From Eremomyces bilateralis CBS 781.70 (Eukaryota): a stretch of DNA of 64,000 nt. The DNA lies in the NCBI GenBank assembly GCA_010015585.1, contig ML975152.1. The stretch is one strand, 5' to 3'. Made by a program: the position numbers and the translations under genes. Below are positions 1 to 11,512 of this stretch, piece by piece (the first letter of the stretch is position 1; each line of letters opens with the position of its first letter). Below the pieces are notes generated by a model. The model did not search any database, was not told where the DNA came from, and saw only the letters and a program-made list of their open reading frames with translations.

Positions 1-1528
1 CAGGAAGAAGATCTCGCTGCCAGAGCCCCCTCCCATGCAAGAGTACGCCAAATGGCTGAGGCAATTGCACGAGAAAATGGGGATACTACCCCTTGCGGTA
101 TCGATTGGACTCAGGGATTTCTACGAAGCAATCCGGAGGTAAATACAGTGGTGGGATGATCAATCGAAGCCGCCCGCGTCAATGAAGCTTCAAAAGAGAG
201 GATCCAAGCGTTCTTTGATACATATCTGCGTGTCTGCGCGGAGTACAACATCAAGATCTCAAACCAGTGGAATTTCGACGAGCCCGGCCTCTCCCTTGGC
301 TGTAGAACCAACGGGAGAGTAATTGCTTTTGTTCAGACTTCTTCTAAAAGGCGAAAGTAGAGCCATACATGCGTCAAGTCCCCAGAAAATCGAGAATGGG
401 TCTCAGTGATCGAAGCTGTATCAGCAGACGGCCGAGCAATCTCTCCCTTGGTTGTCTTCAAAGGAAAAACGGTCCAGTCTCCCTAATTCCCTCCTAAGCA
501 GACAGACATACCAAATTGGCACTATACGAGTTCAGAAAATGCCTGGACTTCGAACGAAATCGGTCCTCAGTGGCTCAAGAAGAAGTTTTTGCCAGAAAGC
601 AAGCCCATGAACTCCCCGGCAGCGAACGGCGAGCAGGAATGGCGCCTATTAATATGCGACGGGCACGGCTCCCACGCCACGGTCGAGTTCATGAAGTTGG
701 CCAAGGACAACCGCGTATTCTTGTTGTTTTTGCCCCCCCATTGTTCCTACCTCCTCCAGCCCCTTGACGTCGCGTGTTTCTCGCCCCTAAAGTCCAAATA
801 TCATAAAGAGCTCTCCCAATTAGCATCATTAGATGATTCCGCACCTGTAAAAAGCATAATTTTATATATATATATATACTCTAAATCCCGAAAAGAAGCT
901 TTGAATTCGTACAATATTCGTGCCGGCTTCCGTGGAACTGGAATGGTTCCGTTCAACCCAGACAAAGTATTAAATAGCACCCAATTAAACGAGGACCATC
1001 AAATACAACGTCATGTGGCTCCAGAACCCCAATATACTTATGCATTCCGTACGCCTAAAGGCCCCAAAGATATATACGATGCCAAATTAGACGAAATGGG
1101 GGCCCGGGATTTCAGGAGGTTTCAGGGGAAGGTCGCAAAGGCGCTGGCAAAGAAGAACACGGAAATCGCCCGACTCAAAGCCGAACTTCAAAGGGCTGAA
1201 AATACAGTTGCAGACTTAGGAGGGCCTGCTGGCAAGAAAAGGAAACGGGTTCAGCCCAATCTGAACGAACGATTTGTTCAGATTGACCAGATTGTTGCGG
1301 CTCAGGAGGCAGCTAGGGAGAGGGAACAAAAGGCTGCAAAACGCCTTCAAATTAACCCGGAGGAAACGTCTTGATAATTGCAGAAGGCAATGTTTAAGTC
1401 ACTCTATCAACAATTTCAATTACAGCTATAGAAAAATATATGGTGGTGGTTACATTCCGCAAAATCCATTCGTCTTTGTGTCCTATTGGTGTTGTGGTGG
1501 GGGTGCACGGAAACTGGGTCCGTTGACT
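1..1528 (+). mobile_element. Fot1/pogo-like DNA transposon (DDE_1 transposase), 5' part outside the window, inactivated
   Basis: One reading frame gives WNFDEPG (268), ENREWVSVIEAVSADG, SENAWTSNE, LLICDGHGSH and LPPHCSYLLQPLDVACFSPLK, all pogo/Fot1 DDE motifs. In-frame stops at 358 (TAG) and 484 (TAA). ORF ends at 1374. The element appears to end ...GTTGACT (1528) followed by TA (1529-1530); the reverse complement AGTCAA resembles a Fot1-type TIR start. Confidence 0.88.
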
Positions 1529-1824
1529 TAGAGCTACTCAAGTTACACAAACCCAAGCTGCTGGAATTAATTATGCACGCGTATCCGGTCTTCTGGGACA
1601 AGGGATCACGTGGAACATGAATAATTGTTTCATATTTTCTTCCCCGAGTTTGAATGATATCAGTTTGAATGATATCAGAAAGTCAAAGGCTTGTGCTTTC
1701 GTTCATTATTGCTGAATGCTGATACTAGTCCCTATCGGCTATCGCGATGCTCAGGTCGCGGACATAGGAACCCTACCTCCGTACCCCTGAATGACAATGA
1801 AGGCCATCCCTAACGTTTCTAGAA

Positions 1825-3378
1825 TCAGAGCTTGGAGAACGCGGTCGGTACCTGACCACTCATATCGACCAACGTACTCTTCCCTCTCGTCCACGCCTCG
1901 ATCCCTTTCCGACCGTTCTCCACGCCAACACCACTCATCTTCCACCCACCAACTGCCATCTCAGCCGGTGACTCGCCCCAAGTGTTGATCCAGATGATCC
2001 CAGCTTCGAGCTGTCCGGCGATCTTGTGAGCGCGATTGACGTCCTTGGTGAACACGCCCCCGGCGAGACCCAGCTCGGTGTCGTTGGCTCTGCGGATCGC
2101 TTCGTCTGTGGTATCGTAGAGGAGGATGGACATGACCGGGCCGAAGATCTCCTCGCGGACGATTTTCATGCTGTCGGTGCAGTTGGTGAACACCGTTGGC
2201 TTCACCCAGTAGCCCCCCTTGAACTTATCGTCGATTTGAGGTGTCTCGAGGCCACCGTAGAGGAGCTTGGCCTTATCCACCTCAATGCCATGCTTGATGT
2301 ATCCTATCACCTTTTCGAAATGCTCTTTGCTGACTAAGGGCCCCATGTTCGATTTCTCGTCCATGACATCGCCGAAGCGGATATGTTCCATCTTCTGCAG
2401 AAGAATCTCTTCGAATCTCTTCGCAATACTTCTGTGCACGTAGACTCTCGTCCCATTCGTGCAGACTTGCCCGGTGCTGTAGAAATTCGCCATCATGGCT
2501 CCATCAACGGCTGTTTCAATGTCCACATCGTCACAGATAATTAAAGGGCTCTTTCCGCCCAGCTCTGCCGTCACGTATTTCATCCCCTCTCCTGCGGCCT
2601 TGGCTACTTTCCTTCCCGTAGCCACTTGCCCAGTGAAGCTGACCTTCCCAATCCCAGGGTGTGAAGTCAGCTGTGCTCCAACCGCCCCAGCACCATAGAC
2701 GACATTAAAAACGCCCGAAGGGACTCCTGCTGCCGAATAAATGCTCGCAAGCAGCGCCGCGTGCAACGACGTCACCTCCGAAGGCTTATAAACCATAGCA
2801 TTCCCCGCCGCCAAGCACGGCGCGGATTTCCAAATCGCAATCTGCAGCGGATAGTTCCAAGCTCCGATGCCAGCACACACGCCGATCGGGTCCTTCGTCT
2901 CGTAGACCCACGCATCTTCTCGAAGCTTCACAGTGCGTCCATCCAGTCCGCCTCCAGCCACGAACGAAGCGCAGTACTCCATGACCTCCACGCCTGAAGG
3001 GACGTCGACGGCGCTGGTTTCTGAGAAGGCGCGGCCAGTGTCACGGGTCTCTACTTCCGCGAGGACGTCATTGAGCTCGCGGAGGAGCGCTGCTGCGCGC
3101 ATGAGGATGGCTGCTCGATGGGAAGGCGTGGTGGATTTCCATTCCGGAAAGGCGGCCTCTGCGGAGGAGACGGCTGCGGCGACGTCTTTTGGAGAGGAGG
3201 TGAAGATGCGGCATGGATGTTCAATTCCCGTTGCTGGATCTACCGAACGGAACTCTGATGAAGTGTCGGTTTCTAGTGGGGTTTGGAGAGAGCCATTGTA
3301 GATCGCGTATCGATCGTGAGAAAGAAGGGCAGGTTTGTCGCTCGTCCAAGTGGATGGATGAGCAAGTGACTCTGGCAT
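1825..3378 (-). CDS. NAD-dependent aldehyde dehydrogenase, betaine aldehyde dehydrogenase type (intronless)
   Basis: GIGAWNYPLQIA, KPSE, SFTGQVATG, ELGGKSP (catalytic Glu), FYSTGQVCTNGTRV (catalytic Cys, BetB-like context), EEIFGPV. First ATG at 3378; the ORF-track start at 3393 is GTG. Confidence 0.9.
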   Translation of the reverse strand: MPESLAHPSTWTSDKPALLSHDRYAIYNGSLQTPLETDTSSEFRSVDPATGIEHPCRIFTSSPKDVAAAVSSAEAAFPEWKSTTPSHRAAILMRAAALLRELNDVLAEVETRDTGRAFSETSAVDVPSGVEVMEYCASFVAGGGLDGRTVKLREDAWVYETKDPIGVCAGIGAWNYPLQIAIWKSAPCLAAGNAMVYKPSEVTSLHAALLASIYSAAGVPSGVFNVVYGAGAVGAQLTSHPGIGKVSFTGQVATGRKVAKAAGEGMKYVTAELGGKSPLIICDDVDIETAVDGAMMANFYSTGQVCTNGTRVYVHRSIAKRFEEILLQKMEHIRFGDVMDEKSNMGPLVSKEHFEKVIGYIKHGIEVDKAKLLYGGLETPQIDDKFKGGYWVKPTVFTNCTDSMKIVREEIFGPVMSILLYDTTDEAIRRANDTELGLAGGVFTKDVNRAHKIAGQLEAGIIWINTWGESPAEMAVGGWKMSGVGVENGRKGIEAWTRGKSTLVDMSGQVPTAFSKL

Positions 3379-4171
3379 TTTTGCTGTCGCCACCGAGATT
3401 ATTTTATCAAGATATTAAGACAACGTAGACCAAGGAGCCCAGCAATTTAAAATTCTAAACCTTGGTCGACAGTGGTGAACTGGTGATAGATGCTTTTGGG
3501 ATGACTTTGAATAAGAAGACAGTAGAACAATGGGAAGGTACAAGTATTGCACTTGTGTCGGTTCAATCACAGCTCTCTTAATAATTTGAGGCCAGTACAA
3601 GTTGACAATTATCAATTTAACAGCAGTTTAGTTTGATTGGATATAAGTATCCTTTCGAAATGTTGTGATGGAGGAGGGAAAATGAAGATTTTGGACCCAT
3701 CCGTGCCATCTAACTTGGGTGGCAAAATCATCATCAAAAGCTCCGAATATCGTCATCAGCCTCTCAACCTAATATTTAATAAATGGTAATCTAAAAATCC
3801 TCCGAAACACGTTTAGCTCATGTTGAATTGCTCATATTTTTAAACAACGCCTTCACAATTCACAGATTAAGTCTCCGCGATTATTGTCCTCCATGTCTAG
3901 CTAATCGCCATGTGGTTCCCTCGGCGACGGTCAACATCAAACTGATGATTGACAATCAGTGTCGTTTCTAGCCGCTCAGTTGTACAGATATGAGATAGGA
4001 CTTCAAAATAATTGGAGATGCATTATCGATAGGTATCTCTAAACTAACATAAAACTCTAGATCCCAATACTTCGATCATTGGAATCATAACATGCAAACC
4101 CTCGATGAACGCCTCGCTATACTTCTAGTTGAAGACACGTTCAGACACAACCACAAGAACGCCAGGCACGT

Positions 4172-5878
4172 TCATGCAGATGCCCGAGACCAGACCCCTC
4201 GCGCCCGGATACGCTTGCCAAAAACAAAGAACATAAACGGAATAGGAATAAGCGCCACTGCGAAGAACCCAAACACGCTGATGCCCCAATTCACTCCCAT
4301 ATTATGCAGCATTGGGCCCATGAACAGCGGGAACGCACCGCCAACCGCGCTTCGGAGGAACGTGTTTGCCGCGACCGCGCTCGCTCCATACTGCGTGAAC
4401 GTGTCGATGAGGTAGTTTAGACATGCCTGGAAGATCGTGAAGAATCCGATGCCGCTGAACGCGGCTCCGACGACCGGGACGATCCAGTGGAAGCGCGGGT
4501 CGGCGGTCCAGCCGAAGAGGAACAGGCCGGTTGCGAAGAGGACGGAACCGAGCATCATCGGTGGGAGGCGAGCTTCGGGGACGGCGCGGCCGCCGTTCTT
4601 TTTTAGGCACTTGGTGTAATACGTGTTGTTGACGATGTTGATGACCGCACCAAGAAGAACTCCGATCAGTAGCCCCAGGAACGGCAACGATCCGACTAAT
4701 ACATTCCACCCTCGAATCTCCTGAAAGACGATTGGGAATGCGGCGAGGTTTCCGTAGAGAATCCCGTAGACGAAGGACGCATATAGCGCCACGAGGAAGC
4801 AGATCGGTGTTAACAGCATTTGGAACGGCCGCACCAAATATCTATTTCCCAGCTCCTTCAGCGTGACATCCCACTCTTCATGTCTGGCGTGCAGTGCCCA
4901 ATTCCCGGTTTCAAACCTCAGTCGCCGAGCTTTGTAAACCAACAGCACGGGAGGGAATGATTCGTCCAGGAATATTATATCCAGAACGAGGAAGATCATC
5001 ATCAGGATGGCCGCCGTGAACTCCGTCCATCTCCATGACCCGCCACTGATAATGATCGCTCCCCCGACGATTGGACCGAATATCGGCCCAACGATGACCG
5101 CCATGGCGTATCCCACCATGGCCGCAGCCCGCTGCTGCGCGGGCCAGATATCGGCCAGGACACCGCCGGTGTTCGTGATCGGCGCGGAGGCGAAGAAGCC
5201 GGCGAAGAACCGAGTGATCATCAGAGTCTGGATATCTTTCGCGGCACCGGACCCGAAAACAAACATCGTCGCGATAAAATATGGCAGAATGACGGCGTTC
5301 TTTCTGCCATACACTTCGGAAATGGGGGCCCAGAGAAGCGGCCCCACGCCGAATCCGAAAAGAAGAAGGGCCAGACCTAGCTGGCCGACTATCCGCCCGA
5401 CCTCGAACTGATCGGTGACCTGTTGAACGGCAGGAGTATAGACGGACGAGAGGAACGTGGCGCCCATCGTAGTTAGGCCATATAGCGCCGTCGTCCATAT
5501 TTTCTTGCCCACTTTCCAGTTCATGGGGTGGTAAGGGTCATCAAGCCCATCAAACTCTACAATGACATCTTGTGCGGTTTTCTCTCTGGCCAGGGGATGA
5601 GTGAATGGGGGCACTGGGCGTCGCGATCGGATGGTGGAGAGGGTGGTGTTAGCCACCGCGGGGGCTCGATCCGACGCGGTGGTAGCGTGCGATTGCAACG
5701 GAGCACCGGAAGAATACCTCTCATCCTTCTGGTAACCGGACCGGTTTCGAATTGGGCCAACGACGCTGCTGTTCCTGGTGTCCGACGGAGGAGAATTGGG
5801 GGGTATCGATACGCGTGACGTCAGGGAGTCTGCTCTTCCAGGCTCCTTCTTCTCTTTCAAGCTGTCTTCGGAATCCAT
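4172..5878 (-). CDS. MFS drug:H+ antiporter (DHA1 family), ~12 TM
   Basis: DDPYHPMNW...KK, GPLLWAPISEVYGRK, WRWT, PEARLPPMM, NYLIDTF...ASAVAANTFLRS; hydrophilic N-terminus; 568-aa intronless ORF. Confidence 0.93.
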   Translation of the reverse strand: MDSEDSLKEKKEPGRADSLTSRVSIPPNSPPSDTRNSSVVGPIRNRSGYQKDERYSSGAPLQSHATTASDRAPAVANTTLSTIRSRRPVPPFTHPLAREKTAQDVIVEFDGLDDPYHPMNWKVGKKIWTTALYGLTTMGATFLSSVYTPAVQQVTDQFEVGRIVGQLGLALLLFGFGVGPLLWAPISEVYGRKNAVILPYFIATMFVFGSGAAKDIQTLMITRFFAGFFASAPITNTGGVLADIWPAQQRAAAMVGYAMAVIVGPIFGPIVGGAIIISGGSWRWTEFTAAILMMIFLVLDIIFLDESFPPVLLVYKARRLRFETGNWALHARHEEWDVTLKELGNRYLVRPFQMLLTPICFLVALYASFVYGILYGNLAAFPIVFQEIRGWNVLVGSLPFLGLLIGVLLGAVINIVNNTYYTKCLKKNGGRAVPEARLPPMMLGSVLFATGLFLFGWTADPRFHWIVPVVGAAFSGIGFFTIFQACLNYLIDTFTQYGASAVAANTFLRSAVGGAFPLFMGPMLHNMGVNWGISVFGFFAVALIPIPFMFFVFGKRIRARGVWSRASA

Positions 5879-6763
5879 GATCGAAGTCGCACGACGATCT
5901 GTTACGAGAGTACGTACATGTATAGAACGAATGTCGGGTTATCTGGGGGTATATGAAGTGGCCTCAAGAACTGGCTTCGGTGTCCATGAGCCATATTTAA
6001 GGACTTTATCAGAGTCTTGGAGTGGATTGTACTATTGCTTTGCTCCATGGATTAACAAGTTGGTTTAGAGAAGTTGGATGGCAAATTCAAACAGCACCAA
6101 TAACAATGACATTTCATGACGTCGAAACTCTGGGTTGGCGTGTTCAAGTGTCCACCAACCGTCAGGGTCCTCCAGTCGGCAGTCTAACCCGGACGATTGT
6201 AGGGAGACTAGGGACGCACCCCTTGATCATACGTGGATGCTGCACGTGTATATTCCTATTGGTTGTAGAAAGCATGACCATTGAGTAGATAAATTTATAG
6301 ACTATAGATAAGATATTGCGAGCGTGATAACTTTATTTAGTAACCGATAGAATGACTTGTAAGGTGCAAACGATCAACAGCGCCGTTTTAAATGGTCTCA
6401 ACAGAGTAATCAGCCAGTACCGAAGTATAGAATGAGGTATATTCACTTCTGGCGCCGTTGAGATATCCAATCTACCTGATGCGCTGCATTCGTACACGTG
6501 GATGCTGAAGAGATCCTTCGATGTGCAGTTCCACATCGTCAAATCATTTCTCCCGAAAAAGCCCCAGATTACCCGATAGCAACAATCCAAGTACCGGACA
6601 GGGCCCATCAGCTATCATACCATGTCTCCCTAGAGAGAGAAAATCATGAATTCGCCGTGCACCCGAGGGTTGGACAATCAACCAAACGCCCAAAATGCGG
6701 AATTGCAAGCCATCCAAGCCTGTCACCTGCAATACCGCTAATCAACAGTCCACGGTGCGGTAA

Positions 6764-7584
6764 TTATGTTAGAATCAATACCGAAAATGCCGCTCCCAGG
6801 AGCAAGCAACCGCTGATAGAATAGCTTGCCGCCTCTCCCTCGAACGGTTTCACGGTGGGCTTTCTCGGGAGTCCGGTGCCGCTCGAGTTGCCGCTCTTTG
6901 TCGGGGTAATCGCTTTGGAGTACATGGTCGAATGAGTGGTGCTGGGGGGCACCGAGGGGGTGTGCTTCACCAACGTGGCGGGGACAACTCTCAATGTTTG
7001 GGAGGATAGGGTGTAGGAGAATTGTAGTGGCGCAGGCATAATTGGCGTCTTAGTATTGGGCAGATTGTGGTTGTGATTGTGATTACACTAATAATGATTT
7101 CGCCGGCTGGCTTCGCCGACTAGACACTACGATGGTTGGGGCATAGCTGGCGAGGGGTAGGTCGTTGTCGATAGCATCGTCGAGGTCGTTGTCTTTGGCG
7201 TCTTCGTGGGTGCTAGCTTAAACGGAACAGAGGACTTTTCTTCTGGCGGTTCTGTAATGCTGCTGAGATTTAATGCCGAAGAGTATCCCCAGTTTCTTCG
7301 ATATGGAGGACTTGGATGGATCGTAACGTGGCAGGCTTCTGAAGTACTCCGGGTTGACGGAGTTGGCCCACGTAGGGTTGACCCAAAGATCGGACGATTT
7401 AGTATCAAGTTGTACTGTGACTGGCTGTAGATTTCCGCGGTACGGAAATAGGAAGCTTTACGATACCGGGACTGGTCACAATATTATGGGCGTTTGGAAA
7501 ATTCAGTCCCGACTGACAATGGACTAAAAGAAGCAAAGCAAACGAAGACAATGATAATGCAACAAGAGAACGAATGGTCCACAT
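6764..7584 (-). pseudogene. Degenerate GPI-anchored A1 aspartic protease (yapsin-like) relic
   Basis: Signal peptide and propeptide-like stretch MWTIRSLVALSLSSFALLLLVHC...PGIVKLPIS from ATG 7584. A different frame reads QPVTVQLDTKSSDLWVNP...PRYDPSKSS (D codon 7406-7404; canonical DTGSSDLWV). Ser/Thr-rich stalk and hydrophobic tail FEGEAAS...CLLLGAAFSVLILT* at 6764. Broken by stops and frameshifts; far too short for a bilobed pepsin. Confidence 0.7.
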
Positions 7585-8511
7585 GGCTCTAGGGGAGTGA
7601 GTGACTGAGAACCAAATCTTGTTATACAAAAGGAATGGTATGATGGGACTGTAACAGATAATCAAAGTGAACCAGTGAAGGTTATGAAGTCTTAAGTACA
7701 CTTTCTTTGTCCAGTTACAAGCCTGAAGAAGCCTCATAATATGGAGTACCCATATTCTGGTAGTGACGGCTTCGTGTGGAGAAACGAGTCTCCCCAAGCA
7801 TAGCGAGTAGCTCATTTCCTGAGCCTAGAAACGAATATCCTTAGTCGAAATGACAGCGAGAAGTCCAACTCTTTGCTGGTAGCATAGGGGCTCCAACTCC
7901 TTAGATTTGGCCCTGAATGTGGCGCATTTACTTCCAGTTTTAGATTCTAGGAGGCTGTTTTGGCTCAACTGTATCATTTCTATTTATTCATTGACCCATT
8001 GTGGTAGAATCAAAAGCCAGAGGCTCAAACACGAGGCAGCAGACGCGACTTCGGTCCTGGTATTCGTGATGGATTAGGGAGTTAAGAGCAAGACGACGTC
8101 AATATCTGGACTATTAAGAGAAGTGCCTCGAGACATCAGGCTAGAGACTTGTAATTTCAGGACTCTCTTTGTGTAGTGCGGTAATGAATGCCCACAGGGT
8201 GCCTTCTGAGGTATGATGAGTCCCCTGAGTAGAGTACCTATGTCAGTTCAAATGGTTCATGGTTTGGAAGGACTCGAAGGCGAGGGTGAGCTGCACCTTG
8301 TCGAAAATTTGAGGTTCTATTGCTAAAATGAATTAAGACATCTAAGTAGGCATTAGATACGGATATTATGCTGGTTGGGAATCGTGTAGGAGTGAATGGA
8401 TGGAGGGTGGAGTTTGTAGGTTTGCTCTATCGCCCGGAATGATTTTCAACCATGATGTTACAGTCCCTTTCCGGGACCCCATGTTTAATAATAGGTACCC
8501 TCCTGGCACGC

Positions 8512-8658
8512 AAGTCCCTTTTTAACCCACATTTTCCCACCAAAACCGATAATTTTATAAGCCATCTACCTTTACAACTTAGGCGGTCCTAATATGTTTT
8601 AAATAAATAAAATAAAACCATCAGTTTTGGTGGGAAAATGGGAGTTGAACGGAGACTT
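8512..8658. repeat. Imperfect ~47-bp inverted repeat around an AT-rich spacer (MITE-like)
   Basis: Left arm 8512-8558 AAGTCCCTTTTTAACCCACATTTTCCCACCAAAACCGATAATTTTAT; right arm 8612-8658 reverse-complements to AAGTCTCCGTTCAACTCCCATTTTCCCACCAAAACTGATGGTTTTAT. Identical core CATTTTCCCACCAAAAC. Confidence 0.75.
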
Positions 8659-9367
8659 TTGCGGAGGAATGATTTGACCTAATACTAACTAGATACATAC
8701 TATGGTATGCGCCACGCTATCCATCCCGGTCCACGGTCGAAGACCCAACGCGGCCCAGGTCAAACCTCCAACCAGGAAGCTAAATATTACGTAGTAGTGA
8801 GCCGCAAGGAATGAGCCAGTGAGGACGTCCCAGGCACCTGGTCCTGCCGATCATATGCACTGCCCTACGACATGCAGTGGCTGGGAGGAACTAGTGTGTG
8901 ATCTCAGATCTAACTAACAATCTTCCTCTCTTCTACTCGTCCAACTCGCCAGCTACATTGTGCGAATCAGCGAATGCCAACGTTCAAGCTTTTGAAAGTT
9001 CGGTGGGTTTATGTTTAGCACCGAATTCTCTCTAAGGACCTGCGAAGACTAGTAAGGCTCAGTAAGGTAGCTGGGGGGCATCAGTAAGAAGTGACCAGTT
9101 CAGTCGGGGCACTTTTCCGGAGGAAAGCGTGCATGCGGACCGACTTCCGTGCCGACGCAAACGGCACTGCCACATGCAGTCTGCCTTGCTCTTCGTTTTG
9201 TCGTATAAGGACAAGCCCATCGCATAAAAAGAATCCAGAAGCCATTTAATTTGCGTTCATCGTATTCCATAGCCAGTTTCGATTTCCTTTATACCTATCC
9301 GAAGTCGTGGTTACGCAGTTTCATCTCGTTCGATCCCTTGCCTATCCATTTCTAAGTCGTGTTCAGC

Positions 9368-10334
9368 ATGTTCGACCAAAAGACCCCATTTCAAGATCCA
9401 CCGCCCTTCGGTGATAAGAAGCCGGATGCATCCAGAGGGGACCCGCTGCCTTCATATGCGCCTCCCCAACAGCAGTATCCTCCGCCATTTCCCCAATCGG
9501 CTCCGTTCCGAACCGTGTTCGCGTCGCTGTCGCTGCATATGACCGACCGGCTTCGGTTCCTGCAGTTTCCGCAGGAGATCATCACGGCGGTTCAGAATAT
9601 CATTACGAACGTCTGGAGTCGTGGGATCCAGGATACGAGGCTATATCATGGTTCTTATGAGATCAAACTCCGCGGTAATCCATGTAAGCGTTGACCGTCC
9701 CACTGCTCCAATGCCATCCCATTCATATTGCTGTTTGTAGGGAGCGGATATTCGGATGACGCCGTTCACTCTCGGCGGCTGATGAACCATATCCTTGCGA
9801 CGCTGTATCAGCACGGCTGGATCCTGTCCCTGTCGACGGACATCAGCAAGAAGGCGATGGACAAGGACACTTTGATCTTCCGCAAGCAGGATCCGCCTCC
9901 TCGACCAGCGGAGTGGTTTAGCATCTCGTTCTCGAAAACCGATCGGATCCGGTTCATCGATGCACCGCAGCAGTTGGTCTCGAACATGATCGCGCTCTTC
10001 CAGAAGGAGACCCAATCTCATGCGTCGTTCCGGTTGCCGCATGTTTATGAGTTGAAGATGAACGGTTACCCATGTTAGTGGAACTCTTATATTTCCCCTC
10101 CCTCGTCATTGAGCTTACAGTTATGTAGGGATGGCTAGCGGATCAGACACCATGTATGCACGGAGCTTGATCCTGAAGCTGATTGAGGGACTGGAATCAC
10201 ATGGCTTCACGGTGTATGCGAGTATCGACCAGAAGACTGGAACGAGTTCAGATAACCATAGGGGCGAGACGGACACGTTTCACTGTTGCAGGCAGATTGG
10301 CTGGCAGCCGGGGCTTCCAGTATTCCATACTTGA
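9368..10334 (+). CDS. Conserved-looking hypothetical protein with an internally duplicated domain, 3 exons
   Basis: Pro-rich N-terminus, then two similar units (FASLSLHMTDRLRF...YEIKLRGNPW...LSLSTDI and WFSISFSKTDRIRF...YELKMNGYPW...VYASIDQ). GT-AG introns at ~9684-9740 and ~10074-10128 both interrupt the corresponding PW motif. Confidence 0.75.
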
Positions 10335-10600
10335 AATGATCGATAATCGTTCATAACGATGAGACGTCATGACGGAGTTTCTTTTCCCACTTGTTTTCCG
10401 AGGGTTCAGCGAATACCCCCAATCTTATCAGGATGCTCTGGTTCAAATTTGACCAACCAAGTTTGGGAAATTGTACGAGCAGGCTAGCGGAAAGTTGAAA
10501 TTTGATAGCTGAAGTATTATCTTGAGGAATACGAGTCAAGTCAGGCTGCCATTCTTGCTAGGCGAATCTGTTTCATCCATCCATCGTGTTAGGAAATCCG

Positions 10601-11512
10601 TCAGTGCCACCCCCACCAATCGTCAATCCCCATAGCTGCGGCTCTGTGTGTGGTCCTAGCAGCGTTGTCATCAACTTGACAACCATCACTCTCTGGACGC
10701 TTGCAAGAGATAGCCTCCTCGCGAGTAACATTGCGCATGCAAGGAGTGCTTTCCGGAATCTCAGCAAGCAGCTTCCACGCATGGATGTCATCGTTGTCAT
10801 AATCAGAAGATTCTGAGACATCGTGAACAGAAAGCCATGGCGAGGAAAGGAGGTCAGAGCATAGGTCGAGGAAATCGAACTCAGATTCGGATCGGGCAGG
10901 GTGGCCACGCTTCGTTTCCAGATACTCTGCAAGTAGCTCGTCGGAAATGTAAGGCTCAACGGGGTGATCGGATTCGGACTCCTTTTTCACGAACTCGGCA
11001 AGGAGCTCGTCAGAGACGTATGGCTCGATGCTCGGAGTCTCCGGACCCGTTCGCATAATCACACTGCTTGCTTGACTTTCCAGCCGAGCCATTTTCTCCA
11101 TCTTCCGTTCGAAGTGCTTGTAGACCCGAATGCAGCGACGCGCTTGCCAATCTTGTCGCTGCCCGGGGAACCATGGCATTGGAGATCGACGATCCGAGCC
11201 ATGCAACAATGCGATAACCTCCCTTAGGTGATGAGCTGGCTCTGTGCAGAGATTGGGCCCGCCTGGGTATCGTGATAGTGGCAGGGGTGCTTGGTAGTCA
11301 CTGCAGAGGATGCGGTCATTCTGCTCTGTCTGAGTGGAGACGTCGACACCGCCCAGTTGGTGATCCTGTCGAGCCTGATGGAAAATGTGTCGATTACGCT
11401 TCCTTGCTGCCCGGCTTCGCTTCGTCATATGTGGATTGACAGGCTTCTCAGTGTCAGTTAGCATCGGTTGACCACCACGGGGAACGTCCACAGCTCCAGC
11501 TCTGGGACTCAC
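10601..11512 (-). CDS. Hypothetical ORF, no recognised domain; start uncertain, may be degenerate
   Basis: 303-codon open frame with a duplicated EPY(V/I)SDELLAE motif. The GTG 'start' looks like a GTGAGT splice donor, and the upstream frame contains stops. Confidence 0.3.
   Translation of the reverse strand: MSPRAGAVDVPRGGQPMLTDTEKPVNPHMTKRSRAARKRNRHIFHQARQDHQLGGVDVSTQTEQNDRILCSDYQAPLPLSRYPGGPNLCTEPAHHLREVIALLHGSDRRSPMPWFPGQRQDWQARRCIRVYKHFERKMEKMARLESQASSVIMRTGPETPSIEPYVSDELLAEFVKKESESDHPVEPYISDELLAEYLETKRGHPARSESEFDFLDLCSDLLSSPWLSVHDVSESSDYDNDDIHAWKLLAEIPESTPCMRNVTREEAISCKRPESDGCQVDDNAARTTHRAAAMGIDDWWGWH

Noticed and set aside
1646..1678. 15-bp tandem duplication GTTTGAATGATATCA near the Fot1 end
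   Set aside because: Simple local duplication outside the inferred TIR/TA; no evidence it is a TSD or functional.
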